Origin: Tubiluchus corallicola
Taxonomy: Eukaryota; Animalia; Priapulida
DNA: 64,000 nucleotides
NCBI GenBank assembly: GCA_030141605.1
Contig: JAQGDQ010000041.1
Coordinates: 186,001 to 250,000, forward strand
Reading direction: 5' to 3'
The position numbers were made by a program, and so were the translations under genes. Under the pieces are notes generated by a model that saw only the letters and a program-made list of their open reading frames with translations, ran no database searches and was not told where the DNA came from. This document shows positions 1-12,400 of this stretch, one piece after another. The first letter of the stretch is position 1. Every line of letters begins with the position of its first letter.

Positions 1-47
1 GTTCCAAAATCTCCATAAATTCCCAACTTTAAACCTCGAGTGTGCAT
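1..47 (-). CDS. NAGA: NAGA/GLA coding exon 3 (partial, runs off window)
   Basis: tatag|MHTRGLKLGIYGDFG, conserved GH27 motif, phase 0. Confidence 0.9.
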   Translation of the reverse strand, partial: MHTRGLKLGIYGDFG

Positions 48-898
48 CTATAAAGTAGATATTTAAAACGGGAAAAGTGAACAAACATCTTCAAGAATGT
101 TTATTGAATATGTCTTCAAATACAAGCTTTGTATTTACTTTTGAAAAGACAACATAATGCAAACAGGTATGCTGTTTCTGCATCTGTGTTCTTTGATTTA
201 ACAGTTACGCAATCTATTTATTTTGGCCAGTATAAGATCCGTCACATGTATGGCAGAAAAACTGCTAAGAAAAAAGTATTGGCAAGCCTATTTTAAAAGC
301 TACACTCTTTACTTTAAATCTAAGAACAAAGTATGAAAATCGGTACCAAGTACGACGAAGCAATTAAATACTTGTCATCACTCGGCTAATTCTACCATTC
401 AAAGTGTGGCAATAATTGCAATACTGTTTATATTAACATCTTTTGTTGTCAAGCAGGATGAGTGGCATTTCAAGCCCAATTTGCCTACTTACAATATCAA
501 ACTGGTGTGAAGGTGGTAAAAACAATAATGTAATATTAGTTTACCACTGATATCCGCTATTACAGTAGTTAGATATTATCACATATTTAATTTAGACTTA
601 GTAGCAGTTTGATTTAGACAGTCTACTACATAGCATTACAATTTACATATAAATACGTGCATACAGCCTTGCCAAAAACAAATGCCTTTATAAATCTCAT
701 AAAACAGTAAGCAAATATTTGAATACTACTGTGCCTGAGCTTGTCCATGTGTTGTAAACATAGCTTGCCTGAAGTATGTTTGCTGTAAGTCATAAATAGC
801 TTTAAAATCCGAAGCAAAAATTTTATGAATACTAGCCTTGATAATAGTATATTATTCATACCTTATAATAGTAATATACAATATTTAATTTTTCTTAC

Positions 899-1073
899 AT
901 AATCTGACAAGAATTTAATGCCATGGGGGAACCGATCCGGATCAGCAACCAAGTTTCCAAATTCGTCTCTTTCTTTAGCAGCCCAACAGTCATCTATGCA
1001 GACAAATTCGTAACCAGCATCGCGATAACCTTCGGAAACCATCACATCAGCTACTTCCATAAACAACACTTCA
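899..1073 (-). CDS. NAGA: NAGA/GLA coding exon 2
   Basis: [31 protein letters not shown]...[16 protein letters not shown]; tttag acceptor, gtaag donor; phase matches exon 1. Confidence 0.92.
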
Positions 1074-1725
1074 CTAAATACATACAAACATGTTTCAATC
1101 TTTCATGCTCAGTTATTCGTCATAACTGGGCGGGGTATTTACCATTTCAGGTGGGGTATATAGCCGAGTGGTACAGCATGTGTGATTTGTGACCAAAAGC
1201 TGATCAGTGAATGGATGTATTTTAGGTAACTACCTTCAACACTCGTTTTGAATATTTTTATATTTGCCATACTGATTCTGACTGTTTAGCCTCGTATAAG
1301 AAGGGCATATAGACATCCGAGCATATCTAAGACACCTCTGCCAGTTCAGTGGCTCATCTTGGAAGCTTAGTCTTGAAAAACAGCTAAGCTCTGGTTCCAC
1401 AAATGCCAATGCTAGATATATAATATAACAATGGCATATATTATACTACATGATATATATGTTCTTTATTTATTATAATGACGGGCAGTGGTGCTTCTTA
1501 TTACCATTACTTTTTAGAGCTTTGCACGAAAATTATTGTGCAAAGTAGCAATTGTTAATACACATTTCTTTTTCCTGACTGCAACCTATCAATGTCATTC
1601 TATAAACAATATTGTAGTCATGTGTACAATGCACAATAATATAATCTTTTAAACCAAAAGTTGATTTTATGGTGAACTACACTTCTAACAGCAGCAGTGA
1701 ACAGCTAATACTAACACAATCTAAC

Positions 1726-1886
1726 CTGACACAATCCTTTGGTTGTTCTTTACAGTTGATGTTACACATAAAGCGTTCCCAATTCATCCATCCCATTGGC
1801 GGAGTTCTAGCTAGTCCGTTATTAATACACGATGCATATTCAGCTAACAAGATTAGCAAGGCGATCACTGATTTCAATTTTGCCAT
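1726..1886 (-). CDS. NAGA: Alpha-N-acetylgalactosaminidase / alpha-galactosidase (GH27), first coding exon
   Basis: Signal peptide followed by [25 protein letters not shown], the hallmark GH27 NAGA/GLA N-terminus. Donor AG|gttag at 1725. An acceptor 2 nt upstream of the ATG implies a 5'UTR exon. NAGA versus GLA cannot be resolved from this fragment. Confidence 0.9.
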
Positions 1887-2839
1887 TTCTAAAAGTAAAA
1901 TAACCCGTCAAAGATTGTTGTTCCTGTATGACAGCAATTAAGTGCACTGTCATACAGTGATACTGAAACTCTAATATAATGGTAAATTCTAAATTTAGGT
2001 TCAGAGACAGATTGTTATGATAAACAAAACACAATTCCTTCTAAAGACATAACAAAAGACAGTAGCCAGGAAAGGAAACAAAATATGAAGGGGTGATTAG
2101 TAGAGTTGATACAAAAAAGAAAGAGGGAAATTTTTCAGGACACAACAATAGCTTTGCCATTAACTAATACTTTTAAATATAAATATTTTTTTTCAAAATC
2201 ACGAAAGACAACGTCACACAAAAGAATACTACAATACTCCAACAAACACACTCAAATGCATCACCGAGCAATTAGACCAAGCGCAAACAGCATAACGTTC
2301 AAAGCTGCTGACACGTTCACAAATGTCATCAAGCTCATGAAACTTTTGTACAAATACTGATGGGGCAAAGGCCTGACAACCAAGAAATGTTCATTGATGC
2401 ATTTTTACCATTGCCACAGAGGAAACAGCATACCATGGCAACAAATGCAGCTTCTGCATAGTAGTACCACCAGATGTCAACATCTTATAAGTAGATCTAC
2501 AAGCACATTATGGCTGATGCACACTAAGATTTACCAAATGTCTGACTTTTCTGGGACTGTCACAGTTGATAGACTGCAGTGCTGGTCTACTTTTTTCTTA
2601 ATTATGTCATATTTTTCTATGCTCACCCAGAAATATTTTACTTGTAAATAGTGTCAGGTGTTTTAGCTTGAACATAATGTCATGGTTTACAGACATAGAT
2701 TTGCTATTGAGTTCTGAGTTCAGCACAGATGATACAAAGTTATTATTATCAGATAATTTCCATCTCACTTTCATGTACCACTTGAACACTCGAATGTGGA
2801 TGGACAGTCATTGCAAACATCACCCGAAAGTTCTCACCC

Positions 2840-3480
2840 ACCACCTAACTTATACACTTGACATTTTGCAAGCCAAACCAGGTTTTATAGCACTAAACAT
2901 TGCATTGTTCAAATTCTGTATATGCCCTTCCTACACTTTGGGAGGGGTAAAATATTTTCGTCAATGTCAATTTGTAGATAGATGACATTCTAATTCCATG
3001 GATTCGGCTGACATGCATTCTTCCACCACACCCTGGATTTTCCTCGCTCTGGGGGAGGAAGAGTCACTGCAGGCCATCACCCATCATCTAACATCTACAA
3101 TGATAAATGTAGAGAGGTGGATAAAACCTACCTTTTTATACTTTCAATTGTTTGAATCAGCCCTCACTCCCCCTGGGGGGAGGGAATAAAATTCTTTTGT
3201 AATTGTTGGATTGTTAATATATGACAGGTCAATGAAAATTCCTTGCACTAAGCTGACTCAAATTCCTGGGGGAGAGAAACTCATTGCAGGCTATTGCTAA
3301 AAAATTGTGATTCAATGTTCAACATCTACATAGGTTACACTTGACATTTTTAGGGACAAAACATTTTTGGGTATTTGTTCAAATCCTGGATGTGGACCCA
3401 CCCTCCCTCTGGGTAAATTTAAATATTTTTGTCCAAGCTGGATTGTCAAAAAGGTGACAGGTCACTCTAATTGCTAGCAG
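2840..3480. repeat. Degenerate tandem repeat, about 3 units of ~220-240 bp, in the NAGA 5' intron
   Basis: Recurring blocks: tacacttgacatttt (~2853, ~3336), ctgggggag..tca.tgcagg (~3048, ~3266), tgacaggtca (~3222, ~3455). Confidence 0.5.
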
Positions 3481-3769
3481 AGGGTGCATAATAGGAAGAG
3501 TGTGGTGATCCCTAGGATGCAATTTTGAGTCTACTCGCTCCCTGACACTGCATTGAACTGAAAAAGTTTGACAGTTTTAGCACCTCATAATCACTGTATT
3601 TTTGCACAAACTGAGCAATACCTCAAACAACATTACAGTTTGTTAATAAACTAATCATTGTATGTATGACGGAAATTCTTATGCACTGTTTTGTAAAAAG
3701 ATATTTTGATCTGTTTTAAATTGCACTCGGAAAAGCTTGTGCTCTTATTATTTATAGGACCATCATCCT

Positions 3770-4120
3770 ATCCCTATCATAAGTCCCTATCAGCATTTAA
3801 AACAAAATTAAAATCACTAATATTAACCAGATATGAAATACCATCACACAAGTACGACAACATACACACAGAATTCATATATCCACGGCCATATTAATTA
3901 AATCATAGTTTTCTTCATTTTTTTGTGCACAGTTGTAAATATGTTTGATTTTATTCGTCGTTACTTTCCATTACTGCACAGTAGTTTAGATTGCACTGAT
4001 GCATTTGCATTCAGCAGTGTAAGTTTTTATTAACTAACACTGATTGATTATCTTTGTAAAGTTTTTATCAGTGATTATCAATGTATTTTAATGGCAAATA
4101 AAGATTATTAATATTATATA
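3770..4120 (+). mobile_element. CR1/L2-group LINE 3' end fragment
   Basis: SLSAFKTKLKSLI resembles an ORF2 C-terminus; followed by AT-rich 3'UTR, AATAAA and an (ATT)/(AT) tail. Confidence 0.4.
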
Positions 4121-4549
4121 TATATATCCTGGAATTGCTGTTACAGCTTTGTGTAATTGCTTGGACATGTTAACGAACTTAGTAACAATTGCTGCTGAAC
4201 ATTTTGATACTAATAATAATAATTAATATCATAATTTTATGGTATTCTGGTTTAAATATTTTTTCAATTTTTAATAGCCTCAGATAAACAGACCAAGAAA
4301 AACAGATTAACTGACTAATTAAATTAACAAGTATGCGTATTTGGAAAAGTACAGTACGTACAAACATCCCAGCAATTCCTAACTGGTTGTTATGATGATT
4401 AACTTTAAGCAAGCACTAAGACTAAATAATAAAGTAAATTGTTACAACGGTGGGACCGTGGTAATGGTACATGAAAAAACTCCCCATACTAGTTTATGGA
4501 TAACAACAGTTTATACTAACCGCAATGAAATAATTTTGTAAAAAAATAC

Positions 4550-4745
4550 TAACTTGCAGCTTTAAACTCTATTATTTACAATGTTCTAGTTACTGAGTTT
4601 TGATCTGCAGTTTCTAAGTTACCCATAGTCAACAAAGACGCCAAGAGCCAACACATGAAACCTTTAGCTGGTGTCGTACTGACAAAGTGTAAAAAGGGTA
4701 AAAACGAAATTTATTACATATTTCGTTTTTGCGATTAGCGGCTAT
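4550..4745. promoter_or_regulatory. Putative bidirectional promoter: NAGA non-coding exon 1 (-) and FANCB-like first exon (+)
   Basis: Minus-strand donor caa|gttagt at ~4553; locally CpG-richer sequence; + strand ATG at 4744. Confidence 0.35.
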
Positions 4746-5139
4746 GCTGGCGGCATCAAACGGCGGACGATTAAAAACCTTTGAGCCGCGTATTGACTGC
4801 AATAATAATATTCTGAACTACACCAATAGTGTTGGCATACGCGCAGTTTTGATAAGACAAAATCGGTTTTGCGCTTTTAATAAAAGAAGAATATCTCAAA
4901 TAAAGGCAACTATTCGTTTAAAAAACTAAAAATATTTCATGAAAACGAAAAACAGTTGTAGCAGTAAGTTTGTATTATGTACTTGCAAATACTTCTTCAG
5001 TTTTCTTGTAAGTAAAATTTTACTGTTCTTCTAAGGAAAGATGCTAGCTGACTGCGTGATGGGCTGCCTACTGTGTAAAAAGGTAATGCCTTTTTAATGA
5101 TTTATTGATTTTTCTCTCCCTGTCTCTCTTAGAGAGAAA

Positions 5140-5165
5140 GAAGTGGAGGGAGAGAGAAAGAGAGG

Positions 5166-5219
<54 letters not shown>

Positions 5220-5344
5220 CAAATAGAAACAACCTCTGTTCATTGCAAAAACTAGCGACAGTTTCGCTGATGTAGAGACAAACAATTCACAAGAGTAGTG
5301 TTTCGCTAGTCTGATCACTACTGCAAGTTTCTTGGCAAGTTACT
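5140..5344 (-). repeat. Dispersed ~130-bp element with (CT)n tail, copy 1, next to (CA)n
   Basis: Near-identical reverse complement of 16285-16420; explains the duplicated spurious ORF MNRGCFYLLLSLSLS. Confidence 0.85.
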
Positions 5345-5347
5345 AAG

Positions 5348-5381
<34 letters not shown>

Positions 5382-6719
5382 GTCCTTCTTTTCCTTTTGT
5401 TGAAGGTTCTGCCATTTGTTTCTTGGTCGTTTTACTCCAATGCAAGGTGGCGAATTTGGCACATTAAAAATTGCACACATTTACATGTCCTGCAATGAAT
5501 CTATATATATAATTACACATATATTATATTGTAGGTCTGTATATAAATAATGCGCACATGCACGCACGCACACAACAAGTAATTGCATACTGTGCCTCCT
5601 ATATACAGTAGTAGAGATGAGTAGGACTGAACCGCCAGCCTAAGGCATCGTAACGTCTTGATACACCTATGCACACACACTCATATACATGTATGGTGTA
5701 TGCATTATTAGATACAGAGATGAAGCTGATCCTATATATTTAACAATATAAACTGATTGCCCTTAGCACCTAGGCCTATTAAACCAATTAATTTAAGCCA
5801 TCAATAAATAAAGTATTTGTCAAGACTTAGTCTGTGGATTTAACCACAGGTGTTTTATTAGTACGCTTCTGCAAGTACATTTTTTACACATAAACAAACT
5901 GTATTCAATGAACATTTATTTTGACATAAACCTTATTGAATCTTAAAGAATTAGGCTAAATGTAAGTGATGTTTACACATGACATATAAGGTGTTATGAC
6001 CTGTCTGCAGATTCTAATTTATGCGCCAGGTTGGCTTCTCACCTGAATTCTGTAACTTGATTTTGACCTAGTTAGTTGGTTGTTATAGAGGTGGAAGTAA
6101 TGTCGGCTGCTCAGGGTGACAGCTCTGATGTTTTGTTTTGTTATACTTTGTTCACTGACAATAAAAAAAAGGAGTAATATCGTAATAATGTGATTTTATA
6201 ACCAACTCCAACTCATAACAAAGGCCAATGTATGATTATGTGTTTTTAAACATCGTTTAATTTAGAATTAACAAAACATGCAGATGCTTAGATTTTTCTG
6301 GAAAAATTATTTTGCTCTTCTAAAAAAATCGATTTTTTTCTTTGAAAGGTATTACACATGAAAGTCAATATTTCTTCAACCTAGATTTCCTGATAGAGGC
6401 ATATTAAATTGGAATGTTTTTTTAGAAAAAACATTTCTCATGAAATAGAATACTACGAGAGGTAGGTGTTTGCAAACTTTCTTTATGATCAACTTTCTTA
6501 ACCTCTTTTGTAAATAAGACGATTAATTTTTATGAGGTATGAGTATAATAGTTTTTATTTTAACTACTAATTTTTCTTAGTGCCTTATGCTTGCTTTAAA
6601 TAATATTCAAAAATGTAACAGCTACTATAAATCGCCAAACACAGATGTAGGTCTTGCAGTCTTTGCTTAGTGTACAAAATATTTAACTTGTAACAAAAGG
6701 TACAAAACTGTGTTATAAT

Positions 6720-6830
6720 TAGCATTTTGTTATAATTACCTGGTTGCATCCTCGGGAAATTCAAATAGATATTTTTATTTGTGTTTTTGCAACTTACTGC
6801 TGAGCAATTTATGAGCACCTGTCGACCGGC
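6720..6830 (-). mobile_element. THAP-domain-like remnant (DNA-transposon derived)
   Basis: LINCSAVSCKN...FP resembles the THAP N-terminus (C-x4-C-x-N...FP); followed by a gtaatt donor. Confidence 0.35.
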
Positions 6831-6881
6831 CTGGTTTTCGTAACTTCCTTATTCGAAACTTTGCCCAAAGCAACCATACTT

Positions 6882-7954
6882 AGTGTAGAACTCGGAGTAC
6901 GCCACTAGCCGAAGTAGCATGCGCTAAATTTGCAGAATGCCGTACAAGTAGGCAACGGAGTTTAGCATTTATTGCTAGATTTACCATAAGCAAACAAGTT
7001 TACAATGATAGTTTACACAGAAAGCATTAAATTAACACAAAATCTGACACAGAAAACATTCATACAAAATTATAATTTTTATTGAGGTTACTGGTATGCC
7101 TCTGGACAGCACCAGGAAAAAATCTTGTATAGGTGCTGCCCAGATTAATGGGTTAATTTGAAATTTGAGAAACAAAACAGAAATGCATTACATGATCTCA
7201 CACACTCATTCACAAACTTTCTTCTAGAATGAGGACAAAGTACAGAAACGTAGGCAAATTTGTATGATTTAAGATTCTTTCTCTAGTTTCTTTACTTCTC
7301 TAATTTATGAATTGACACTGAGATTTTAATGCTTTCAGATAATTTATTCCAAGTTATAGGGCCAATTTCTGGCGACTTCTCTCACTCTTTTAACTTTACA
7401 TTGAGAAATTTGTCAAATTTTTAAAAATCTGTGAACGTTTCTTCTTAATTTTCTCAAGAATTGTGCTTGCTGGCTAAGTTGCAAACTGACATCAATAAAA
7501 AGTGCATGTATTTTGTTCACGTAGTGAAACGGATCACCTGTCTGTGAAGCGAGACAAAATTTAAAAAAAAACATTAATTTTAACCAGATGTTTAAATAGC
7601 CTAAAGAGAGGGCTTATTTCACTTCAAAAAGATTAATCTCGAAGCCAAATTTAATATTGCTCGTTCAACTAGGTCAGAATAAGATTCTTTTATTTTATCA
7701 GATGACAGATGTGTAATAAATTGTAAAACGTATTGAGATTTTCTATTATTATTAATATCGCTAAATAAACAAGGACAGCGTACGCTGCCGCTATGGTTAA
7801 TGACTCATTTCGTGGCCTGTGTCTTTGTCTTAGTGGACATCCCATATAGGATGCGCCCTACTTGTGTTTCCCACATACGACGCGTCTCACTTGGGCTAAC
7901 CCATGTACGGCAATTGTCCTACTTCGGCTAGTGTCCTACTCCGCTCCCGACACT
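6882..7954. mobile_element. Non-autonomous DNA transposon with imperfect terminal inverted repeats
   Basis: cggagtacgccactagccgaagtag (~6893-6917) versus ctacttcggctagtgtcctactccg (~7919-7943). Confidence 0.55.
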
Positions 7955-8938
7955 TCAAAGTGCTTGCATAGCTCATGGCGCGATCAGGAAAACTCTGTGT
8001 TGTGTAATACTTTTTTAAAATGGTTTTTTAACCATTGACGATGTAATTAACTACGGGAGGCCACTTACTCACTTAAAAACTAAGATGCCATAACGTAGTT
8101 ACTAGATGACCTAACGGTTCATTGACTCCTCTTTACCTTTTCCAAGATCAGCACAACCAAGCAGATATTTTCTTCTGACGTCATTTTATGGTCATTCCTG
8201 GTTCTGCTTACAAGTATCACCTTTCCCATTACTTACATTTCCTTGTAACAGCTATATATTTTTCTTGATTCTGTCTTTTCTCCAAATGCTCTTACTAATC
8301 GTTCAAGAGTATTTATTTGTTGTTTTAATACTAGTAGTAGTAATAGTATACTAATACTAATAGTCTCTATCCGTACATTATACTTATTTATTATTATTTC
8401 CAATTTCTCACAACTTAATGCATGTTCTGTTGCATCTTTGTGAATCCTGGACTTAGGACGTAATAAATCTTCCCATTTATACCCTATATCTGCAAGACTG
8501 CTCTCTCTGATATATCGTTTTTCATATTTCTCACCATCAAGAAATCTTAATTTTGTCATTTTCTTGCTTTACCTTTATGTTCTTGTAGTATTTCTTGGTT
8601 TATGGTTTTTTATTTCTCTTTTCCATGTTGATTTTTTAATTTCTCCATTTTTTATTTGCTCGGTGTTATCTTTCATTCTATATTGCTCTCACTTGTTTCT
8701 GGATACTAACAATTTTTATATTTATGCTCTTTTTTCTTGCTCAGTTACTACTTGTTTTGCTAATCTGTTTACATCTGAGTTCATCAATGAATAATGGAAC
8801 ATTGCCTTTTTATAGTCAACCCATTTTTCATAGGCCACGAACCTATTTCTGCTACCATGCCTTAGTATGGAGTGCTAATTTTTTTTTCAGAATTCTTGTA
8901 AAGTCACTAACAGGAAACATCAAAACCGCACAAATTTA

Positions 8939-9762
8939 GGCAAAATAAACTATTTTATTGAAAACAGTAAAGAAGTTTCGTAACAGCAGACTCATCAGCT
9001 AAAGATGATAATGTCAGCTATCAGATAGCTGGCTTACAGCAGAGAAGCCCAGATTCCGCCGAGGCTAACAGTTAAGTAGTAATGCCTATGTCATAAGTAA
9101 GATACCTAAAGTGACAGAGAGGAGTGTTGGCACAATTAAAGCCATGGTGCTCTTACACTCCTTCATCCTTATGAAAGAAAGTATGAAATACTTTTGTCAC
9201 TGTTAATTTAATTGATCTGAGCCACAGAAGATGGCAGTACCATGAAACAATTTCTTTAACTGTTTACCTGATTCATAAGTGATGCCAATAGCAACTACTT
9301 ACAATTTGGTTTCCATTATAGAACATAAGTGGTACCACCGAGTTACTATAAGCATCAGTATGCTAGCATGCATCCATGCAAGAGGTGCTAGATATTTATA
9401 GAAATGAAGCCGGCTTTTACATGGCCAAGCATAAATTGTTAGTCACACAGATAAATACATTTAATTACAATTTAAATACAATTAAATCGTAAGCCAGTAA
9501 TCAAATAAATACGACATTCAGGACACATTATGTCTGTCAAAATATTATACTAAATGTATCATCTGCAGAATGTATACCAGCAGAGTATCATATAGTCATT
9601 ATCAAAGTCATTAGCCATTATTTCATCTGTAAATAAATACTCATCAATTAACATCATTAGCAAAGCATCGACAAACAATTACTCACAACTAACACATCAT
9701 TACTGATGCGTCTGTTGCTATGAAACTTCTTTACTGTTTTCAATAAAATAGTTTATTTTGCC
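8939..9762. mobile_element. MITE with ~60-bp TIRs (GGC...GCC ends, TTA/TAA flanks; PIF/Harbinger-like)
   Basis: ggcaaaataaactattttattgaaaacagtaaagaagtttc at 8939 and its reverse complement ending at 9762. Confidence 0.75.
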
Positions 9763-9779
9763 TAAAAAATGTAAAGTTA

Positions 9780-10016
9780 CTAACAGGAAACATCAAAACT
9801 GCACAGATTTAGGTGAAATAAGCTATTTTATTGAAAACATTAAAGAAGTTTCATAGCAACAGACTCATCAGATAAAGGTGGTAATGTTACAGCTGGCGTA
9901 CAACCGGGAAGCCCAGATTGGGCAGAGGCTAACAGTTAAGTAGTAATGCCTATGTTACAAATAGGATGCACCCAAAGTGAAAGTGCTGGCACAGTTGAAG
10001 CCATAGTGCTCTTACA
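9780..10016 (+). repeat. Diverged direct duplicate of 8907-9157 (flank plus MITE left arm)
   Basis: ctaacaggaaacatcaaaac...gccat(g/a)gtgctcttaca is present twice. Confidence 0.8.
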
Positions 10017-11771
10017 TTATTCTCAGCACCTCTTTTTGTGTTTTTTCCAAACAGTCCCATTCGTGTTTTTTAATATTCATCCATGTTTCACAATTGCTCA
10101 ACACTGATGGGATTAGCATTGTTTCAAACACAAGTAATCTTACATCCATTGCTTTACTACCTACATTTTGCTCATTTCGAATTTACATTATTTCTCTTAT
10201 CATATAATTTGGCTTTTCCATTCTTTTTTCAAGTAATAATTCTAGTTACATTTTGCATTTAGCCAGTCGCCTAAATATTTATACTGGTCTGTCCTGTGAA
10301 TTATTCCATTTCTTAATTTACCTACTATTTCTTCATTATCTTTTTTCCTAGTAAATTTAGTTTTCATATATTTAGTTTTTATCAAGCTGAATGTTGACTT
10401 CTTGGTGTTTTCCAATACTTTAAAAGTTTCTATCGCTTTCATGATTGTTTGTTTAGACCCTGAGCTATCACATCATCTACATATAGCACAGTTCCCACAG
10501 TCAAATTACAGCTTAGACATGTACTTGGAAAATGTTTATTATTTATTACATCATTCATTGTAATTGAACACAATTTTGATCCATCTGGGGTGTCTTGTCT
10601 CACTGATTCTACTATTTTGATGTCTTCTATTAATGCTATTGTGGTTTCAATTATTTCGCTTCTATGTTCATATTATACACCAATAATGCATGCTGTGCAC
10701 CCATTTTCCACATTTCGATTACCGAATCCCGTAACTATGATTTATCAAATCATTTTTGTACGTCCCCAAATAGGAAATAAATACCATTATACAGCATCCT
10801 GTTATAATCAATTAATCCCTTAATGTGAGCAAATTATCTGATGTGATTCTATGTTTTTTCCTTCATTTTGTATTATACTCACGGGATTTTGAAAAATTTC
10901 AAAATTCCTATTTATTATAATTATCAAACAGCTTTGCAGTCACACTTGTAAAAAAATCCCTCTTCTATTTTCCATATCTTTTTTGACACCTTCCTTTATA
11001 CATTTATTTCATTTCCATTTTTTCCAATCCTCTGGTATTTCTTTAGTCACTTGTATTATTCTAAACATTCACGTAAAGCTATTAGTCCTTCACCCGTCAT
11101 TATCAACATTTCGTTTTTCCAGCCTCTTTGATCTGCCTGTTGTTTTCTTTTTTAATTTTTTTTCCTTTTTAACTTCGTATTCTGTTATTAATTGTGTTTC
11201 AATTTTCTTAGCTACTATTTGCAGTTGCTGCATAAATGTATTAACCCTTGCTTCAATTTCTTGCTCCATTTCAGATTCTGCATTTCTAGGCTTTAACAAC
11301 ATCTTTGTAATACTTTGTAAATATTTCTTTTATTTCTTCTGGAGATTCGACTGTTCCCCTTTTGATCATTATTCCACTATATCCACTTTTGTACTTTTAT
11401 CCATTCTTTTTTTTTAAATACGATGATGTTCTGTTCATAATTTGGTAAAGGCCTACCAGAAAGAAAAACTGAAATTTTTAATTGTCAGTCAAAGTTATTT
11501 ATATTAAAAAGTAATGTGATCATTTGGTATAGGTTTGTTAGTTGTCCTTCGAGTTTCTCTCTACAAACAACATGCAAAGGACAATCACGCAAAAAACGTT
11601 TAATATTTTCAATGCGAAAACCACAGATACAAATTTTAAAAATAATGTCACACATCAAATCCCAGCAACCGTGGCTGTTTAAATGCTCACCTTTAACTGA
11701 GAGAAACCCACCCTTAATCGTGTACGATGAATATAATTAGGGGGTGAACCGTATGAGTAATAATGAGTCTA

Positions 11772-12400
11772 TTAATGAAAGTCAAGTGTTTTTTCAAACA
11801 CTAACAAAACGGCCAATGGTGGGAGCTTGTTGTATGAAAATGGGAAGAGCCATGTTGCAATCAGGGAAAAAAGATTTATAAAATGTTCACTATACACATG
11901 AAACAATGCAAAGTTATCACAATTTCGAAGGTTATATGTGGATAAGTTCTGAATAACCAGATGCAACAAATTATGTAAATAAAACGGTGACATTTTATTT
12001 ACAATTTTATAAAACAATGCCAACTCATGAAATAACCGTCTTTTAAAAAGATATTCAAATCCACTATCATGTAACAGTTTGTTTGTGAACCCTTCATTGC
12101 TTTGCAACTTGGATAAGCTGCAGTTTTCCGAGTTTTCTCTAACATATTTGATAAAAAGGACGGAATATTACACCATACTGGGCTAGCATATTTTAGAATG
12201 GGCTTGATCGTTGATTTATAAAGATGCTCAAGAACAAAACCTGCTATAACACGGGATATTTTTTTAATATGATCGATGCTTGGCTGGGCCTTTTCAATTA
12301 TGTAGTGTACATGATGTTCCCATTTTAGCTTTGACTGAAAGAAGATACCTAAATGTTTGCAAAAGGATACATCATCAATAGGTGTGCTTCTAATTTTCAG
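11772..12400 (-). mobile_element. CR1-like LINE, 3' RT fragment
   Basis: KHLGIFFQSKLKWEHHVHYIIEKA and RRLFHELALFYKIVNKMSPFYL are typical CR1 ORF2 C-terminal motifs; frameshifted. Confidence 0.7.

Larger units (their letters stand above)
8230..11460 (-). mobile_element. Degenerate non-LTR retrotransposon (RT) interrupted by MITE copies at ~8900-10020
   Basis: Broken frames encode IPEDW...MENRRGIFFTSVTAKLF (~10930-11050), YKYLGDWLN (~10260-10285) and a C-terminal TEHALSCEKL (~8400). Confidence 0.65.

Noticed and set aside
5990-6180. Possible degraded FANCB N-terminal exon
   Set aside because: Similarity is too weak by eye and it has several stops; it needs a profile search.
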